Positions 28,757 to 32,000 of a DNA stretch of 32,000 nucleotides are shown here, one piece after another; position 1 is the first letter of the stretch, and the number at the start of each line of letters is the position of its first letter. The stretch comes from a virus. The stretch covers positions 30,001 through 62,000 of the IMG/VR virus record IMGVR_UViG_3300045988_175865. One strand, 5' to 3'. The translations under genes were made by a program, and so were the position numbers. A model generated the notes under the pieces. That model was not told the DNA's origin and searched no databases. It worked only from the letters and a program-made list of their open reading frames with translations.

Positions 28757-29483
28757 AGTACTTTTTTAAATGATTCCCATAATAAGTTATCCCAAAAGAA
28801 GCCAGAGAAGGAGCTGTATTACTTTCAACAATGATATAACTATTATCACTACACAATATATCAAAGCAGGCAATTGTGAGGTCCATTTGTTTTAATGCCT
28901 TAATACAATCACTAATTATATTTTCCCAACATACAGGTAATTTGTGTTCCTCTGTTACTAAAACAAATATTGAATTATCAGCATGTTTATGCCATTGTAC
29001 TTCAGCGTCTTGTTTCAGCACTTTTTTACAAGCATAAAAACAACCATGATGAACATCAATATGTACTCTATATTCATTTGGGAAGAAGTAATACTTTTCA
29101 AACACGAAATCCCTTATATTAACATTATTACATAGATCGTCTAAAGATTTGGGATTATCAATATAATAAATATTCTTCCCTTTCGATGAATGTTTATGTT
29201 TTGCTATAAGAATTTTGTGCTGCATAAAAAACTTATAAATGCTTGCTTTGTTAGAAGAACTAATCCATTCACTATGAGATACACCCGCTTTGTCAAAGGC
29301 ACGCTTCATTAATATTTTATTCCCAGAAGTTTTAACTCCCTCTATAGTATTAATTTCCAAATATTTATATTTAGAAATTAAAGGAGTTGTGCTCCCTAAA
29401 CGTAGTAGTACTCTTTGATTAAAAGGTATACTACGTAAAGGAGCACAACTTGTATTTGGACTGAAAACTCGAAGTTTTAACAT
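28740..29483 (-). CDS. ATP-grasp ligase (RimK-related)
   Basis: GNKILMKRAFDKAGV...ILIAKHKHSSKGKNIY...EYRVHID...IACFDIL...IVESNTAPSL follows the ATP-grasp order of K-loop, E/R-V-H and E-x-N. Confidence 0.6.
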   Translation of the reverse strand: MLKLRVFSPNTSCAPLRSIPFNQRVLLRLGSTTPLISKYKYLEINTIEGVKTSGNKILMKRAFDKAGVSHSEWISSSNKASIYKFFMQHKILIAKHKHSSKGKNIYYIDNPKSLDDLCNNVNIRDFVFEKYYFFPNEYRVHIDVHHGCFYACKKVLKQDAEVQWHKHADNSIFVLVTEEHKLPVCWENIISDCIKALKQMDLTIACFDILCSDNSYIIVESNTAPSLASFGITYYGNHLKKYYDTRF

Positions 29484-29484
29484 A

Positions 29485-30027
29485 CTATAGTTCTAATGCC
29501 TTATTATAGCAGTACACAGCCAGTTCCTTCTGGGTTAACTTATTATAATCAGCAAATTCAGCCCCATGGTCCTGTAAAAGCTTTGCAATATACTGTAGTT
29601 CGTGTTTTTTTAGTTTGCTAAATTGAGTGGCCGAGAATTCTGCGACCTTCTTATCAAGAGCAATTAATTTGAGGAATACTTTTCCAAATGGTTTATTATT
29701 AAATTTATTAATATATACCTTTTGGTCAATATTATCCTCTACTGGGATAGCTTTAGGTTCAGGGTTAGGAACAACCTCGTCATATGGGATAATCATAAAT
29801 TCAGGTACCCATATGCCTATAGATAGAAAATATGGAATATCTGGGTCATTCTTATCTACATCCTCAATAACAGCAACATTACCAAAATAGGGAAAATCAG
29901 AAAATAAGACATATTTCATGTCTTTGTTACAATAAACACCTTCTAAGTCAGGTGCTTCCTTGAGTAGATTATCCTTAAGTAAACAATCAAGATTTTTAAT
30001 GATAACTTTGTCTCCTTGTTCAAACAT
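29485..30027 (-). CDS. hypothetical protein within the ligase cassette
   Basis: 180-aa ORF, stop TAG, 1 nt upstream of the ATP-grasp ATG. Confidence 0.5.
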   Translation of the reverse strand: MFEQGDKVIIKNLDCLLKDNLLKEAPDLEGVYCNKDMKYVLFSDFPYFGNVAVIEDVDKNDPDIPYFLSIGIWVPEFMIIPYDEVVPNPEPKAIPVEDNIDQKVYINKFNNKPFGKVFLKLIALDKKVAEFSATQFSKLKKHELQYIAKLLQDHGAEFADYNKLTQKELAVYCYNKALEL

Positions 30028-30041
30028 AACTATTTTTATTT

Positions 30042-31118
30042 TTATTTGAAAAATGATAAATATTCTAATGGACTAACAATTCTATATTTAGTCTTTCTAA
30101 ACTCTAAAAGGTCAAAAGAATCTGAATAACTCATCATTGACCTTAAGTAGTCAACGAAATTTTCACACCAATCTTGTAACTTATACAAAACTGGAACTGT
30201 GGTTTCAATACCCTCAGCAGTTTTGAGTTTTTGGTTTCCTATTTCTATCTGTGCTTTTTTAGTAGACATACCATAGTATTTACGTCTGAGTCCTAGATTT
30301 GGATCTGTAACAGGTAGTAACTCTCCACAGGCTTCTTGAGATTGTGCAAAGAGTTTTCCAACCATTACATAATCAGCTCCAAGAGCTAGTGCTTTAATAA
30401 TCTTATCATAATTATCAAATCCTCCGTCCGCAATAATAAATGGAACACTTTTGTATGGATGAGTTATTGAGTTACAACCCAAGTAAAAACCAGAGTCACC
30501 CGCTATATTAACTACTTTTGTTTCTTCAATACATTTTTCTATAGCCCGCTTTTTATCAACAACTTCCTTAATTAAGGAAGCCATTGCATAGTGTATTCCA
30601 CCATTAGCAGAAGTAGTACATACAGAACCTCCCCCTACACCTATCCGTACAAAATCAATTCCTGCTAGTGAATAATCAGCATAAGTATCAGGGTTAGCAA
30701 TATTGCCCGCCATTAATGACAATCGACCTACAAATATAGACTTTGCTTGTGAGCATAAATCAATTAACTTTAACATGTGGCCATTAGCAATATCAACACA
30801 CACATAACGAATATCATTGGTGGTATCATATATATTTTCAAAATCTGTAATAAATCTTTCAAACTCAGATAAGCCAAGTGCAACAAACGTACTTGTAGAC
30901 AACTCCCATCGTTTATCATAATCTACTCCTCTTGGAATAATTGTATTGATCTTATTTCTAAGAAAAACTTCATAATTATTCTCATTAATAACAGAATTCA
31001 TAGGAGCAGTAAATAACGGCAGCATACCATCAAAGTTATATGGATTACAGTCTGCACGATGTTCTATTCTACTGGTTCTAGCTGGTACTAAACAAATATC
31101 ATTTAACCCATATGTCAT
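30042..31118 (-). CDS. IMP dehydrogenase / GMP reductase family protein (GuaC-like, no CBS insert)
   Basis: DICLVPARTS...PLFTAPMNSV...CVDIANGH...GVGGGSVCTTS (catalytic Cys loop)...IADGGF...ALALGADYVMVG. Confidence 0.7.
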   Translation of the reverse strand: MTYGLNDICLVPARTSRIEHRADCNPYNFDGMLPLFTAPMNSVINENNYEVFLRNKINTIIPRGVDYDKRWELSTSTFVALGLSEFERFITDFENIYDTTNDIRYVCVDIANGHMLKLIDLCSQAKSIFVGRLSLMAGNIANPDTYADYSLAGIDFVRIGVGGGSVCTTSANGGIHYAMASLIKEVVDKKRAIEKCIEETKVVNIAGDSGFYLGCNSITHPYKSVPFIIADGGFDNYDKIIKALALGADYVMVGKLFAQSQEACGELLPVTDPNLGLRRKYYGMSTKKAQIEIGNQKLKTAEGIETTVPVLYKLQDWCENFVDYLRSMMSYSDSFDLLEFRKTKYRIVSPLEYLSFFK

Positions 31119-31120
31119 TT

Positions 31121-31261
31121 TTAATCTCTCTTAATTAGTTTATTTTTCTGTTCCTCAGTATCCCTAAATTTTTTTATTTTTCTTTTCTTATTTAGACGAG
31201 CAATCTCTTCCTCGTACCTATTATATTTATCCAATTGATTACCTCGAATAAATTTACCCAT
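31121..31261 (-). CDS. small basic ORF (46 aa), doubtful
   Basis: MGKFIRGNQLDKYNRYEEEIARLNKKRKIKKFRDTEEQKNKLIKRD, with its TAA 2 nt before the GuaC-like ATG. Supported only by position and an open frame. Confidence 0.25.
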   Translation of the reverse strand: MGKFIRGNQLDKYNRYEEEIARLNKKRKIKKFRDTEEQKNKLIKRD

Positions 31262-31291
31262 GATAAAAAACAGAATTTCAATTTTGATTTA

Positions 31292-32000
31292 CTATTGAAT
31301 CTCTAAAGTACCTGGTTCCAGTCCAAGTTCTTTCTCGACTTCTGCGATTGTTTTCTTTACAACCTTATTCTTTACTTTTGGCCAAGCAACATCCATTTTT
31401 GTGTAATCACTAAGTTTAAAACAGTGTGGTGTTGGAACAAAAATCTTCTTAACTTGGTAGAAACTCCCATTTTTAGGGGAATTAAAGCATCCACTTAAAT
31501 AACCCTTAATTTCTCCTTTATTGTTAACATAAACAATAGCTTTAGAAGAAATAATAAATACAAAATACTCTTGATCTTTAACTATTAACTGTACTATTCG
31601 CCCAGGTAAAAACTCAGACTTAAAATCATTATTAAGATTAGAATCTACCTTATTATCCTCAACCTTATTTTTTTCTTTACCTAGAATCTTTTCAAACTGG
31701 TCTATAATAGATATGTCATTTGATTTTAATTCAGGTGATTCAAGTAATTTTAATAGATTCTTTTCTGATTTTAAAATAATATCACTATATAGAGCAAGTT
31801 TATTCTCTTCTATATCATTAATACCTAACTCTTTAAGGATAGTGTTGTCATCATCTGAACAGAAGATATCACTATCTCCAGTAAGGTAATGAATATTCTG
31901 ATTATATGTAACAACATAATAAGATCTTTTATCTGTATCAATTAAGATCTTATAAGGGTGTCCTGAAAGTAATAAAGATATACTTACCTTAGGATAGTTT
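31292..32000 (-). CDS. hypothetical protein (5' end beyond right edge of window)
   Basis: Open minus-strand frame from the window edge to TAG at 31292 (...AEVEKELGLEPGTLEIQ). No in-frame TGA. Not in the track because the start lies outside the window. Confidence 0.5.
   Translation of the reverse strand, partial: NYPKVSISLLLSGHPYKILIDTDKRSYYVVTYNQNIHYLTGDSDIFCSDDDNTILKELGINDIEENKLALYSDIILKSEKNLLKLLESPELKSNDISIIDQFEKILGKEKNKVEDNKVDSNLNNDFKSEFLPGRIVQLIVKDQEYFVFIISSKAIVYVNNKGEIKGYLSGCFNSPKNGSFYQVKKIFVPTPHCFKLSDYTKMDVAWPKVKNKVVKKTIAEVEKELGLEPGTLEIQ

Noticed and set aside
1-32000. CRISPR arrays, rRNA genes, integrase or transposase genes, terminal repeats
   Set aside because: No spaced direct repeats, rRNA-like segments or recombinase motifs were seen on either strand. 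The only mobile elements found are the introns and homing endonucleases.

Overview
AT-rich 32-kb segment in which every supported gene is on the minus strand. It reads as the replication and nucleotide-metabolism arm of a tailed phage genome. From low to high coordinates: SF1 helicase, dUTPase, class II RNR, PD-(D/E)xK exonuclease, resolvase-like nuclease, TOPRIM primase, SSB, AAA_24 ATPase, DnaB/gp4-like helicase, SF2 helicase, metallophosphatase, ferritin, RNase H and HNH nucleases. At 24.2-31.1 kb there is an 8-gene amidoligase / amidotransferase / ATP-grasp / GuaC-like cassette. Main conclusions: (1) Many ORFs in the supplied track are fragments broken only at TGA. Reading TGA as Trp fuses them into full-length proteins. 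I count 43 in-frame TGAs by hand, and every real stop I checked is TAA or TAG. (2) 23664..24101 encodes a tRNA split by a 346-nt group I intron. After splicing, its anticodon loop is CUUCAAA (UCA, an opal suppressor). It also carries a 25-nt extra arm whose loop CUCCAAA copies a tRNA-Trp anticodon loop. (3) Three more group I introns of one family interrupt nrdJ (no ORF), the replicative helicase (LAGLIDADG ORF) and a ferritin gene (HNH/AP2-like ORF). (4) Everything transcriptionally upstream of the tRNA, including the whole ligase cassette, has no in-frame TGA. The first recoded gene starts 14 nt after the tRNA. Merged gene ends and splice sites come from hand translation and folding, so expect errors of a few nt. 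No homology search or covariance model could be run.
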